From Raja brachyura (lineage: Eukaryota): a stretch of DNA of 64,000 bases. The stretch spans positions 25,172,001 through 25,236,000 of the forward strand of contig OY740816.1 of assembly GCA_963514005.1 (NCBI GenBank), in the 5' to 3' direction. Made by a program: the position numbers and the translations under genes. Numbering within the stretch: position 1 is the stretch's first letter; each line of letters starts with the position of its first letter. The notes under the pieces are model-generated. The model was not told the origin of the DNA. It ran no database searches and saw nothing but the letters and a program-made list of their open reading frames with translations. This document shows positions 11,201 to 24,513 of the stretch, in pieces.

Positions 11201-12437
11201 TGGAAACTTGGTTTGGTTAAATATTTATTGCTACAATTATTGTCTTCACTTTGTGCCACTGACTTACTTCCCCACCCACTGGATATATTTTATTATTAAT
11301 GTTTTATGTGTAACTGTCACTGTATGTCATGTTGTCACTTGCGGGCGGAGCACCAAAGCAAATTTCTTGTATGTGAATACTTGGCCTATAAACTTATTTG
11401 TTCATTTATTCATTCACTCCCAACACTAAGCCAGACTGTTATAATCTTTGTGCCTTATCTAATCCTGAGTTAAGCTTCAAACCTATGCTTTCTCCATCAT
11501 TAGAATTGTCTTTGTCTGTCTGTCTGTAAAACCTTCAGTTGAAAATCTCCATCTCTATTCAGCCTATATAAACGTAAACATCTGAAATTTTCCTCCTGGT
11601 TTCCTTGCATGCACAAACTCTTATTAACCCACCAATATTCCATCTTAATGAACTATATTGGCTCTCTGTCCAGCAATGATTAAATGTGGTGTTTGCATAT
11701 TAAGCCTTCCTGTTTCCTGTTTCTATATTCTGATGCAGCCCTACAAGCCAGAATCTGTGCATTCCCAACTCTAGCCTCTTACACATTGCTGATTTCCTTT
11801 TGCACATCTATGTTGGCAATGCTTTAAGCTGTCGATGTCTTAAACGTTTACATTTAGTTTTAAGATATAATTCAAGTAAATTGCTGATGATGCATTCATT
11901 CACATATTTTGTATGGTTGTTTGTTCTATTTTATCCAATAAAGTTCTGTGACATTTGAACCATGTTAAAAGTACTCATTTTAAAACGGTTATTTGTTTTT
12001 TTGTCTAAACTGTTGGTACCTGTGCTGCTTTGTTTTATTAAACTCCACTTTAGCTCCTTCTGGTGATATGACATATAATTTATAAGATGGTCATCATGAT
12101 GTTATTGGGTAGACAAAAGTGCTGGAGAAACTCAACGGGTGAGGCATAATCTATGGAGCAAAGGAAATGGGCAATGTTTCGGTTATTTCGTTTTGAATTC
12201 ATAAATATTATTTTAATGATTGCAAACGGCTCATGATAACAGAGGCACATATCTGTCTTTGCTATGTCTGTACATGATAACCTTGCTGATATTGCAGCTT
12301 TCTCAAGCTCTGTGACTTGTAAATTATAACGTCACCAACAATCTTGGTTAAACCCCTGTGCTCACTAGATGATGTTTACCACAAATTTCTCTTGTCTCTT
12401 TTAACAAATCTAGTGGTGTGGTGTCTTTTAGCTCTCA

Positions 12438-13865
12438 TTTAGAAACATAGAAACATAGAAATTAGGTACAGGAGTAGGCCATTCGGCCCTTCGAGCCTGC
12501 ACCGCCATTCAATATGATCATGGATGATCATCCAACTCAGTATCCCGTACCTGCCTTCTCTCCATACCCTCTGATCCCCTTAGCCACAAGGGCCACATCT
12601 AACTCCCTCTTAAATATAGCCAATGAACTGGCCTCAACTACCCTCTGTGGCAGAGAGATCCAGAGACCCACCACTCTCTGTGTGAAAAAAGTCCTTCTCA
12701 TCTCGGTCCTAAAGGATTTCCCCCTTATCCTTAAGCTGTGACCCCTTGTCCTGGACCTCCCCAACATTGGGAACAATCTTCGTGCATCTAGCCTGTCCAA
12801 GCCCTTAAGAATTTTGTACGTTTCTATAAGATCCCCTCTCAATCTCCTAAATTCTAGAGAGTATAAACTGAGTCTATGCAGTCTTTGTTCATAAGACAGT
12901 CCTGACATCCCAGGAATCAGTCTGGTGAACCTTCTCTGCACTCCCTCTATGGCAATAATGTCCTTCCTCAGATTTGGAGACCAGAACTGTACGCAATACT
13001 CCAGGTGTGGCCTCACCAAGACCCTATACAACTGAAGTAGAACCTCCCTGCTCCTATGCTCAAATCCTTTTGCTATGAAAGCTAACATACCATTCGCTTT
13101 CTTCACTGCCTGCTGTACCTGCATGCCTACTTTCAATGACTGGTGTACCATGACTACCAGGTCGCTCTGCATCTCCCCTTTTCCTAATCGGCCTCCATTT
13201 AGATAATAGTCTGTTTTCCTATTTTTGCCACCAAAGTGGATAACCTCACATTTATCCACATTATACTGCATCTGCCAAACATTTGCCCACTCACCCAGCC
13301 TATCCAAGTCACCTTGCAGTCTCCTAGCATCCTCCTCACAGCTAACACTGCCCCCCAGCTTAGTGTCATCCGCAAACTTGGAGATATTGCCTTCAATTCC
13401 CTCATCCAGATCATTAATGTATATTGTAAATAGCTGGGGTCCCAGCACTGAGCCCTGCGGTACCCCACTAGTCACTGCCTGCCATTGTGAAAACGACCCG
13501 TTTACTCCTACTCTTTGCTTCCTGTTTGCCAGCCAGTTCTCTATCCACATCAATACTGAACCCCCAATGCCATATGCTTTAAGTTTATATACTAATCTCT
13601 TATGTGGGACCTTGTCGAAAGCCTTCTGGAAGTCCAGATACACCACATCCACTGGTTCTCCCCTATCCACGCTACTAGTTACATCCTCGAAAAATTCCAC
13701 AAGATTCGTCAGACATGATTTACCTTTCGTAAATCCATGCTGACTTTGTCCAATGATTTCACCACTTTCCAAATGTGCTGCTATCCCATCTTTAATAACT
13801 GACTCTAGCAGTTTCCCCACTACCGATGTTAGACTAACTGGTCTTTAATTCCCCGTTTTCTCTCT
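12438..13865 (-). mobile_element. Young 5'-truncated CR1 LINE with a 427-codon open RT region
   Basis: ORF 12537-13820 has QHGF, YLDFQKAFDKV, SGVPQGSVLGP and KFADD; (tttctatg)n tail; just upstream the NYRP motif carries an in-frame TAA. Confidence 0.97.
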
Positions 13866-13944
13866 TCCCCCCCCCCCCTAATTCTGCACTATCATTTTGG
13901 CCAGTCTTGGCATATTGTAAAACAGTGACTTATTGCTGTTTAAA

Positions 13945-14210
13945 TATACAGGTTCGATCCTAACCTTGGGCACTGTCTGTGCGGAGTTTGCGCATTCTCC
14001 CTGTGATCATGCTTCCTGTGGGTGCTGTGGTCTCCTCCCACATCCAAAAGATGTGTGGGTGTGTAGGTTAATTGGCCTGTGTAAATTGTCCCCAGTGTGA
14101 TGGACGTGGATGAGAAAGTGGGATAACATAGAACTAGTATCGATGGCCAGCCCAGTGCCCAGTGGGCCAAAGGACCTGTTTCCTTACTGTATCTCTAAAT
14201 TAAACTAAAT
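13945..14210 (+). mobile_element. HE1-like tRNA-derived V-SINE (5'-truncated)
   Basis: B box ggttcgatcc, body gagtttg..cattctccc, 3' end gggccaaaggacctgtttcc...taaactaaa. Confidence 0.8.
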
Positions 14211-15886
14211 TCACGGCAAAAATGTTGTCAAAATGCTGCAGCTGACATATTGCATATTTTTGAATTTAATTGAATTTATTTGTCATTCAAAAAAAGAAAA
14301 TTTGAATGAAATGTCGTTATACAGTCATAATAATAAAAACTCACAATTACATAAATTAAAAATAAACATCCATTACAGTGACTCTCCTCCAGGCACCTCC
14401 TCACTGTAATGGAAGGTAAAAAAAGTCTTATCTCATCCATGCTTCTTCTCCCGCGGTCAGGCAGTCAAACTGCTGCGTCGAGGCGATCGAGGCTCCCGAC
14501 ATTGAAGCCCTGATGGGCGATGGAAGATCCATCCCGGTGCTGAGCCAAGCCAGGCGAAGAAAAGTCCTGCAAACAGGCTGATTCAAGCCTTTTACTCATT
14601 TATCAGTTTTACTTGATTTGTGGATAGTGATGTAAAATTTGTGAACATCATATTTGTTGGGTGCGGTTGGTAAAGTGTTTTTTCTGTAAGTTGTAAAGAG
14701 GTTAGATTTGTGCTAACAGTAAACGGTTGGCTTTGACACGTGATGTCCCGTAGGTGGCAGTCTTGTTCCAAAGTTACTCTATTTCATTCAAACCTAGCAT
14801 TTTGCCTGGCACCTTTCTGGGATTATTAAGAATTAAATTTGCAAACTAGCAGCAAAATTGCATAAATGTAATGTTTGAGTTTCAACGTCAGTTTAGTGTC
14901 ACGTGTACCAATTAAGGTAAAGTGAAATACGAATTGCTATACAGCCATACTAAAAAAAAACATGACACACAACTACATAAAAGTTAACATAAACATCCAC
15001 CACAGTGAATTCCCCATGTTCCTCACTGTGATGGAAGGCAATAAAGTCTAATCTTCTGCCTCTTTTTGTTACCAATTCAAGGGTTGTGTTTATTTCTGAT
15101 GTGCTGATAATTATTTGCAAAATAGGAGGTAGGGGTGATAATACCACGTTCAGTTATTATGGCATTGACCATAGGTTAGCTGTAGCACTGCACATTGAGC
15201 TGGATAAGAGTTGCATTGTTATAGAGGGCAAGGGTATTGATCTTGTGAGAACATTTCCAGTGCATTGGCATTTGATACTGAAGGCTGCTTGCTGGATTAA
15301 ATGGTGTAGCGATGCAGTGCATTCTCTCCCATTTGAAACTTGACACTGCTACTTGTCCAGTCTGCAATTGAAGTCATAGGGGAATGCATTCAGGATAACG
15401 TCCAACAGTCCCCAGTGCTTGTAACGCTTGTTGCTTGCTTTCCCTGGTCATTTTCTTGGCATTTAAACATTCTTCCATCATCACCTCTATTTCTCTTGGT
15501 TTCTGGAACTGGGTTGCTACTAATTTGGCACGGGAAGGAGGACATCTGGTATTTTGGCTGGGAATAGTAATCTAATTCCTTGATGTTTAACGAAATGTGA
15601 ATGAGAAATCGGGGTACATCAAGGTCAGATTTAAGTCGCAAAGGAAAGATTATGTGAACTTCTAGTAGAAGCAAGGAAAGCTGTACCATGGAACTTTGGA
15701 ATGCTAGGTTTTACGCTGATCAAAATAGAGAACAAATGTGAAAATGAGAAAGGAAATGAGTTGAACTCGAGTCAATGTAATGTCATTACTAGGCTGGGAG
15801 ATGCCACTGGTGATAATAGGAATGTTCAGTAATCCAGCTGACCATCATAAACTTGCTGGAGGACATGGATCAATAGCCTTCTCCAA

Positions 15887-15990
15887 TCTGAAGAAGGGTT
15901 CCAACTCAAAACGTCACCTAGCCATGTTGTCTAGTGATGCTGCCTGACCCACTGTGTTACTCCAGCACTTTTTTTTGTAAACCAGCATCA
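15887..15990 (+). mobile_element. Penelope pLTR fragment with decayed hammerhead core
   Basis: ctgaagaagggttccaactcaaaacgtcacc followed by gatgctgcctgacc..gttactccagc. Confidence 0.7.
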
Positions 15991-17819
15991 TCATAAATTT
16001 GCTCTAAGCCAACTATTTCCTGTGGAAAAAGGGGAAAAGCAAGTGGCTTTGCAACAATAACACTGAAGACCTGTTATAGTAATTAGCTTTTTACCATGCT
16101 GATTAATTATTTATTAAATAATGTTCAAACGTTATGGGTGATTTGGGGATTTAACCTATGATAGTCTTTGAATTGATATTACTGGAATACACTTGCATCA
16201 GTTCAACCTTGCTGGGCTGATCAAGGTACTTGATTTTTGCAATAACAAAACTAATGGTCGCGACACCCTTTTCTCCATTTTCACAAAGCCGTTGATATCC
16301 TTTCTCATCCCCTTGGTCCTGCTGTTTGGCTGTCATGAGGATTATAAATTTTCAGGTTTATGATCTGCTCTGTGATGTTTGGCAAAGTATGGTGCAATAC
16401 ATCTTTTGAGGTGAAAACCACCCCAACACGGGGGTGGAGTTTCTTTTATCTTTTTGTGTCACAGTCTTGCAAGGGACTCTATTGTGTGATAGTGCCACGC
16501 AATATTTCTCCAGAGAAGAAAAGTGAAATCCAATTTCTCGGCACCTACTCCTTGCGCACATCTTCTTCTTGATATTCTTGTCATGATGCTGCAAGTAAAA
16601 ATGTCTTTGTTCCATTTTGGACATATACCAAAACACTCTTGACTCTTGTCTACTGGGATCTATGAAAACGTGTCACTCCTTTAAACAGCTTGAAATCTGT
16701 ATCTTGCCCTTTTCCCTCAATTTCAATTTTTTGAATGTCACATTTTTATATATATATTCATGTTCATCTTGACTATTTCTCAACATTGTTGGTGACTATG
16801 TTAATGGAACAGAGCAGTTTTGTTCAGTTGAGTGTATAAAGGCTAACCATGCACAAAAATAATAACCATGCACAAAAACTTGGAGAAATATAAAACAAAG
16901 CCGGGAAACGAGAAATCTGCTTTATCGTACCCGGGCTTCTTGGATTCATGAGCAATACTGTGAAATGATAGCTCGAATTTATACCAAGAAAATATGTTTT
17001 CAGGAGAGAGTTAGATTTAGCTCTTAGGGCTCAAGGAATATGGGGACAAGGCAGGAATGGGGTGCTGATTTTGGATGCAGCCATGATCATATTGAATGAC
17101 GGTGCTGGCTCAAAGGGCCGAATGGCTTACTGCACCAATTTTTCTATGTTTCTATATTAAGGGGTGTAGGAAAAATGTAGATGTAGTAGTTATGTCACAG
17201 ATTTTAAATATCTTGTTCAAAGCCAGAGCAAGCATGACAGGTTAAATAGCCCCTACCCAGAGTGAATGGGATGTGGAGCTAGTTAAATAACAATATCCTT
17301 AAACAAAATGAAGCCTTTGGTCATTTTAATTGCCCTTTCCTAATCTGAAATAGCGAAGCTAGCTAATATTTTAGAGGTGCGTGTACTTTTCTGACTCTTT
17401 ACTCGTTATAAAGGGATTAAATTGTATTTAAATTAACGGAAGTGGTTTAGATGTCAGGAAGCAAGACTTTCCAGAGAATCCGGTTCCAGGTGGTTAGTGG
17501 CAAAACTAATTTAATAAATTCCTCAATGAAAGAATATTTTAATTGTCTAGGGTGGAAATGGTCTTAGACTTCTACAAAGGTAGATTCCACAGAGAATTGT
17601 CATAGCTGGAGTAATTATGATTACCTAAATGATGAGTCGGAGGAATTTTCCAAGTTTTATTTTTGCATAGTTCCAGGAAGTTGCAATCTGTTGGGATAGG
17701 TTACTGAATATAGTGATGTAGGATGCACTGCTTGTTAGTTATAACTCATGTGATGACTACCTTAATCTTGATAATTGACTACATCCACTTTTGATAATTG
17801 ACTGCATCCAGCAAGTTTG

Positions 17820-18180
17820 ATTAGATTAGATTAGATTTTATTATTTGTCATTCGAACCTCAGAGAGGCTCAAACGAAACTCTGTTTCTACAGCCATACAA
17901 ACAAAACAATTCCTACAAAACATACAAACAATTCAACTTACATAAACATCCATCACAGTGAATCTCCTCCTCACTGTGATGGAAGGCAAAGTCTTCTCTC
18001 TCCCCAGCACCATTTCTCTCCCGATGTCCAAGCCCCAGGCGGGCGATGTTAAGTCCCACGGCCATTGAGGCCGCGCCTGGCAATGTACGGCCCCGCTCTA
18101 GGCCTAAAAGTCACAAAGTTGGGGCCCCCGGCGGGCACTGGAATGTCCCGCGGCCATTGAAGCTGCGACGGGCGATGAGT
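17820..18180 (-). mobile_element. LINE-derived 3' repeat family with CpG-rich internal repeats (relatives at ~14270-14590, ~14890-15070, ~51790-52200)
   Basis: Shared ctcactgtgatggaaggc core, (gatta)n tail and GC-rich ggcgat/cgcggcc repeats. Confidence 0.55.
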
Positions 18181-20337
18181 TGAGGGTTTAGTGCATGTGA
18201 TAAACAGATGAGGTGAATTTGGAGCAGGAATGGGCAGAGATTAGGAGGGAGGAAATTGTGTAAACATGACAGTGATGTTTAGGGCTAGGTTAAGAGATGA
18301 TAATGAATATAGATTTGGCTATTTAACAGATGGAGTTTGGCCACATCAAATTCTACCTGATTTTGCTAAACTTCATCCCAATATCACCAGCACACAAATA
18401 TAAGCTTTTGGCTCCCGATTGCTACTCATACTAACTATTACAGCTAATCGAAGGAGGAGGCTCTCCTTATTGGAGGGGTAAGTCCATGAAGAAGGAAATG
18501 GGTTGGAGGGAGCTTCCTTTATCTTTTCTCTGCGACTGTTTTCCTGTGATATGGACGTGCGATTGATTGCCTGAGAGAATGTAGGATTGGATTTGGCTGT
18601 GATGCCGAAACTGAATATTTTTCAGGCACATGCTGGGGCACTCTTGATTAGGCAATATTCTTCATGTGTGCACTTGTAGAACACTCTGATCTGGAAAAGC
18701 TAGTGCAGTAAATGTAAATATATTTGGTGGGGTCTACTGAGGAACAGTGCTGCAATTCTAGAAGGATTTCATAAGAACTTCGCAAAATGGCAGGGCAAGA
18801 TGTTGAGAATATTTCCCCTCAATTAATCAAAATATGCTATTTAATGGTTGGCTCATCCAAATGATTTTTCTCATTTCTAGTTTTTAACACATTTGTATTA
18901 TTGTTATCTGTGAGATTCTCATGGATCAGAACAAAACATTTTGGAAGTGAAGCACCAATTATCAGCTCAAGTTCGAGTTATAAAATATTTAATGGCAGGC
19001 AGATGGTGAACATCAAGAAGAAAGCACATTTGGGGGGGGGGGGGGGGTTTATTAAAAACATTGATTTATCCACGGGTTGGGAGTAAGGAGAAAAAATCGG
19101 CATGGTGATTGCTATCCTGGAAGCAAAGACTGCAACCACATAGTTCAGCACCTTGTCTTCTCTCTGGGTATGTTGCAGTATTGAGCTCAACAATATCTGG
19201 TAAATGGCTTTTCCTGGCCAATTCTGATACAAGGCCATCCACCTCTAACATTCACTCGTTTGTTATCTTTCCACGGATGCTCCCTGATCTGCAGGGTGTT
19301 TCCAGAATGTTTATGTTTGATTTTCTGCCAACATGTTTCTTTTCACTGTTGGCCAGCAATGTAATTACATTACCAGGACAACCTTGTCTCCACCCTATCG
19401 CATATATTTTCCCTCCACCCTGTATTACAATGTAAAATCAGCATAATTTCTTGTAACAGATCTGATGTTGGATCAATGACTGAAAAGTTTACATTTCACT
19501 CTTTGTTTTCATGCACACGCACGCACTCTCTTAAACGGAAAATAGTATGTTTGGATGAAGAGTACACATCCTGCAAAGCTGCATGAATTACTGCTGCTTT
19601 GTGTGTTAGTGCTTTTTCTCCATTTACTTTAGCAAAACTTTTATGTTTTCAGTGCATTTACTTCCAGAGACCTTAAAACTGGATGTTTTTTTCCCTAACA
19701 CGTAATTTTCAGTTGTGTACCAATAGTTCTTGCTTTAATTGAATTTGCAGGCAGGTGCATTGTCAGACTTGTTCCCTATGGTTTGTTCCTCTACCCAGTG
19801 GACTGTTGCACATGGCAGCACTTTTTTACTATTTACATCTATCGCTTCCTACGTAAACAGAGCACTGAAGAGCTGGAGTCAAATAATAGCATCAAAATAA
19901 TTGATACAGGGAGAAGATGACAGAAGCCTGGTGTTGTCATAACAACAATGCAAAATTGAGTATTAAGCTTTATGACAGGTTTGCAAGTTATTAGACTGAA
20001 ACAAAATCTGAATTTGCTGCAAACACTCTGCAAGGCATTTGCACTCTGGGCCAAGTTTAGCAAAGCATCCAGGAGCTGGAAATGTGTTTGCACTGTGCCA
20101 AAGAATGGTCTTCTGCAGTTTAAAAATTGCATCCAAATGGAGTAACACAATCATACAGTTCTTACTACCTTAATGTCCACTGCTAGCCTTGTCCACGTAA
20201 TAGTGCTACTCTTCTCCATTGTCAAACTTGCCTGAATGTCAGCAAGATTTACAGTTATTAGTCATGAAAAATAACTGCCACTGTTCACTTAGATATTCCG
20301 GCTTTCATTAAAGCTAAAGGTTCAAATAATATATAAA

Positions 20338-20432
20338 GGTAGACAAAAATGCTGGAGAAACTCAGCAGGTGAGGCAGCATCTATGGAGCGAAGGAATAGG
20401 TGACGTTTCGGGTCGAGACCCTTCTTCAGATT
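20338..20432 (-). mobile_element. Penelope pLTR fragment
   Basis: ggtagacaaaaatgctggagaaactcagc...gaataggtgacgtttcgggtcgagacccttcttcaga. Confidence 0.85.
20402..20429 (-). ncRNA. Minimal type I hammerhead ribozyme core (intact consensus)
   Basis: Minus strand CUGAAGA-A-GGGU(CUCG)ACCC-GAAA-CGUC; helix III reduced to palindromic ACGU; helix I is weak. Confidence 0.65.
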
Positions 20433-21699
20433 GATGTGATATTATAAACAACATTTATAATATATAAATGTCAATCATATTAAAGCAGCATTTGCAACCA
20501 GGCCTAATTCTGCTCCTATCACTTATGATCTTTTGACTGTGCATCCTACATGCCCCTTACTATGCACATGACTCGCACTAAAGACTGACCAAACTGAAAG
20601 TGACCTTCAGTGCCTGTTCATGTTGACTTAATCTCTTTACGGATGACCTAAAGAGGTTCTCTGGTGGCATTGACACCATGCCACACACGGGTGTATAAGG
20701 GCTCTGTACCTAATTCCCCGTCCTCCTAGGCTTCATTGGAATCCACTCTTCTCAGAAGTAATCTCCACAGAGGCTGTGTTTCCACGAGGTAGCCTTCATT
20801 TATATTTGACCTAAATCATTACGTATAAGCTTGCATGGCTCTCACAGTCAAGGTCACTCTCACTCTCCTAGTCTTGGGCTCATTCCAGCGTGCAGCTGTT
20901 GATGTATGCTGTATATCACTGTTTTCTACTTGCCACTATGCAGTAATCATTGGCAGTCTCAGGCCATTTTAGGTTTTCAGATGCCACAAAATCAAACATG
21001 GTGATTTGCTCTATTAAGCCATTGCCAATGCATCTTCCGACATCAAAGTAAATAACAGCTTGGGACCATGTTCTCTCTGTGTCCAATCCCAGCAATGTTG
21101 CAAGCTCACCTAAACATTTTAGTCAATTGCAGCTGCCTTTTGTTGCATGCCATCCTGTCCAGAAACCTGCATTTTGGACAACAAGGATAATCCCTACTCA
21201 ACTGGCTGTAGCCCAAACTCACCAGATGAGTAATGCCTCAATCACAGCCACTGCCATTTGGTTGGTGGATAAATTCAACTGGATTGTTCAAAATTGAAAT
21301 TTCCCTGCCTTTGGCAGAGCAGTACAGTACTCAAAACGGACAAGCTGTCATACTTTGTGATATCCTTGTACAATTAGACCATTATATAAACTTGTCTACT
21401 GCTGGCCAAGATGGAGCAAGGGCTGAACAAGCAGGCAAAGCAACAGGGTGAAGATGCACACTTGGGCAGCCATGAGAAGATACAGCAAGAGCAAGAATGA
21501 GGGGAGAAACTTTTCAGTCCTCTCTAGACCAACAGAAGCCCTACATCAGATTTATCTGAAGGAAGTAGCTTTCTGCATGTTCAGTGAGACAGCATTTGGT
21601 CTTACAAAGGTTACCATAAAATCCATTACATTTGGTCTTTCCAGTACTTACACCAAACTCCTGGACCTCTGAGTTACCACACCCCTCTGAAATCCTCAC

Positions 21700-22840
21700 C
21701 CATAGCCTAGAATCAGTGAGGATAGGCCACAAAAAATGTTCAACGATAATTCTCAACACCTGTGTCCTGCTAAGATGTGTTCTAAGCTTCTTACTATACT
21801 CTCACACACTCATAATTGTGTGGCTAATCCTGCTCTTAACTCCATTTACAAATTTGCAGGTGACACCACCATAGTGGGCCAGATCCCAAACAATGATGAA
21901 ATGGGACTACAGTAATGAGATAGAGAGCTTAGTAACATGCTGTCAAGACAACAACCTGTTCCTTAAAGTCAGCAAAATGAAGGAGCTAGTTCAGGGGTGG
22001 GGAACCTTTTCATGTCGGAATGCCGCATTAAGTTAGCTGTAATCTAATAAGGCCGCATCCAAGACACTTCAACTAGATATACTTCAAAATGTACATTATT
22101 TTGTTAAAATAGCCCTCATGACTTACTAATGTTTTAATTGTGGCCGTCAGTCGGGGAGGAGTATTTTCTTGAATCTTCTTTTACTCTTTGGTATTTTAAA
22201 TATGTTCATTTTAAGATTAAAATAAAAATAATAAAAGATGAACAAAAACATATTCATAGTAATAAAAAGATTTGTTCTACAAAATTTGGATTAATTCAAA
22301 AGGCCGTACTTAATTGCCTAGAAGGCCACAGGTTCCCCACCCCTGAGCTAGTTATTAATTTCAGGAAAGTAAAAGGTATACATGCCCCAATGGTGTTGAT
22401 CTACAGATGGACGTGTTTTTCACATTACTTGGCATAAATATTACCAACAATTTATCCTGATCCAACCAGAGAAAATAAAGGACACCGATGCTTCTTCAGA
22501 AGACAAAGGAAGTCTAGCGTGGCCCCAATGATTCTTGTTGGGATACATCACAGCTTGGTTTGGCAACAGCTCTGCCCAAGAGTGCAAGAAATTGCAGTTA
22601 TGGATGTAGTCCAGTTCATCACAGAAAGCATCTTTCTTCTGCACCCCCATTGACTCCATCTACACTTCACTGCCTCAGGAAAACAGCCAACATAATGAAG
22701 AACCATTTACACTCTGATCATTCCTTTTGCCCCTCACTCAATTGGGCAGAAGATAAAAAAGCTTGAAAGTAGCTACCACCAGATTCAGGAACAGCTTCTT
22801 CCTCACTGTCATCAGACTATTGAACAGAACTCTCATAAGC
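21700..22840 (+). mobile_element. Degenerate Rex1/Babar-like LINE (RT and 3' region), host of a hAT MITE
   Basis: tacaaatttgcaggtgacaccaccatagtgggc resembles YKFADDTTIVG; NNL.L.VSK.KEL follows; 3' ..RFRNSFF. Confidence 0.7.
21992..22345. mobile_element. hAT (Charlie-like) MITE
   Basis: 16-bp TIRs CAGGGGTGGGGAACCT...AGGTTCCCCACCCCTG; perfect 8-bp TSD AGCTAGTT at 21984-21991 and 22346-22353. Confidence 0.92.
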
Positions 22841-22887
22841 TAAGATTGAGTTGACTGGATAGCATGCAAATAAAGTTTTGGACTAAA

Positions 22888-22985
22888 GATAGACACAAAA
22901 AGTTGGAGTAACTTAGCGGGACAGACAACATCCCTGAAGAAAAAGAATAGATGATGTTTCGGGTCGAGACCTTTCTTCAGACTCA
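22888..22985 (-). mobile_element. Penelope pLTR fragment with partly mutated hammerhead core
   Basis: gatagacacaaaaagttggagtaac...gatgtttcgggtcgagacctttcttcagact. Confidence 0.8.
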
Positions 22986-24513
22986 CAATTTTACTGTATC
23001 TCAGTTCAATCAACCAAAATAAACCAATACTAATTCCTTCTAGAATCTTTTCCAGGTTACACCAATATAATATTGTGGGAGCAGTATTTAGTATGATGTA
23101 GTCAATAGCTGCAGCTGTACAACACAGCCACACCATAACTAATATTGATTTTCAAGAAAGTTAGCTTAGCATGGGTTAGGCCCTGTCACCCATAAATGTA
23201 TGACATTGGATCCATAATTGCAAAGGCTGAAACTCCCAATCCAGTTCTTGGTTTCGGTGAGACATTTCACAAGAGCTTACCCAGAAACAAAGACGTAGTT
23301 GAGCAAATTCAACTTGTCATTGTTGTGAGCCCTTGGGAGGAAAAAAAGTGAAAATTACGCCCTATTGTCCACATACCGCCTTCATTTTTCAAATCTAATG
23401 CCTATTACAATCATGAATTTATCGTGGAGGTTGAATGCCCTTGTGGTGAGCAGCTCGTCCCATTTGCAAACGTTGTACTCACTAAATACCCCGTTAGCCC
23501 ATGTACAATCAAATACACTGATGAATGTTTACAATCAGAAAAACAATATAGAATAGTGGGGCTGTTCTGTAAGTGGCCTTCTGACTTCTGATCTCTGTAT
23601 TCAATGGAATAAATGGACAGTAGCTGCACATTATATCTTGTTCATGTGGTATAGTGTTAGCCAGCTCTCTAACACTATAGCACATTTTGTCATGGTAATT
23701 TACAATTATAGATCTAATGTCATATGTTTAGACTGCCATTCTCAACTCCTACAGTTCCCGTGAAGTTGCTGTGGATTTGTGTAACCATTGACTTTAAGAG
23801 AAATCTGTGTGAACCCTTCTGTGATCTTTGAGTGGCATTTCTTAAGCAACATGGCATGAAGCATAGACTGCTGTCCCGCTGTTTGACATTTTGAAGTCTT
23901 ATTGTAACATTGTGATCAACTACACATTTTTAAAGGCATCTAGGATCACCGACTTCTCCTTAGAGGATCATAGTTTAAAGGCATCACACTATTGCTGCAG
24001 AATTTTAGAGGAAAACCTGCCTTCATTTTGAGTTACTATTATAAGGCTTTGAACCATCTGTACAAGTTTATTATTGTTGTCAGCATTAAATCAGTATGCC
24101 TCGAGGGATCCTGATAATAACAGGCTGCCTTACTCCTCAAAGTAATCTGCAAACTTCAAATAACCATATTTTGTGTCATCTTGGATTGCCCTAATTAGGC
24201 TCAATGACTTCCTCTTTGAACAGTAGCATGAGATGATGAGAAATTGGTAGCAGAGCGGTTCAACAGTTAATGCTGCAATGTTGCAGCTGCTGTAACCCGA
24301 GTTCGATCCTGACCTCTGGTGCTGCCTTTGTGTAGTTTGCATGTTCTCATTGTGATTGCATGGATTTCCCCCCCACGTGAACTGGTTATTTCCAACATTC
24401 CTAACGATTCTTCCCCTCTGTTATCAGGTTTCTGAATGGTCTTTCCATAAACTAGGGTCCTGTTTGATTAACCTCCATTCCATTGTGGATATTGAACTTT
24501 GTCTTAGGGAGCT

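Noticed and set aside
13225-13743. 172-aa plus-strand ORF
   Set aside because: Antisense shadow of the CR1 RT frame.
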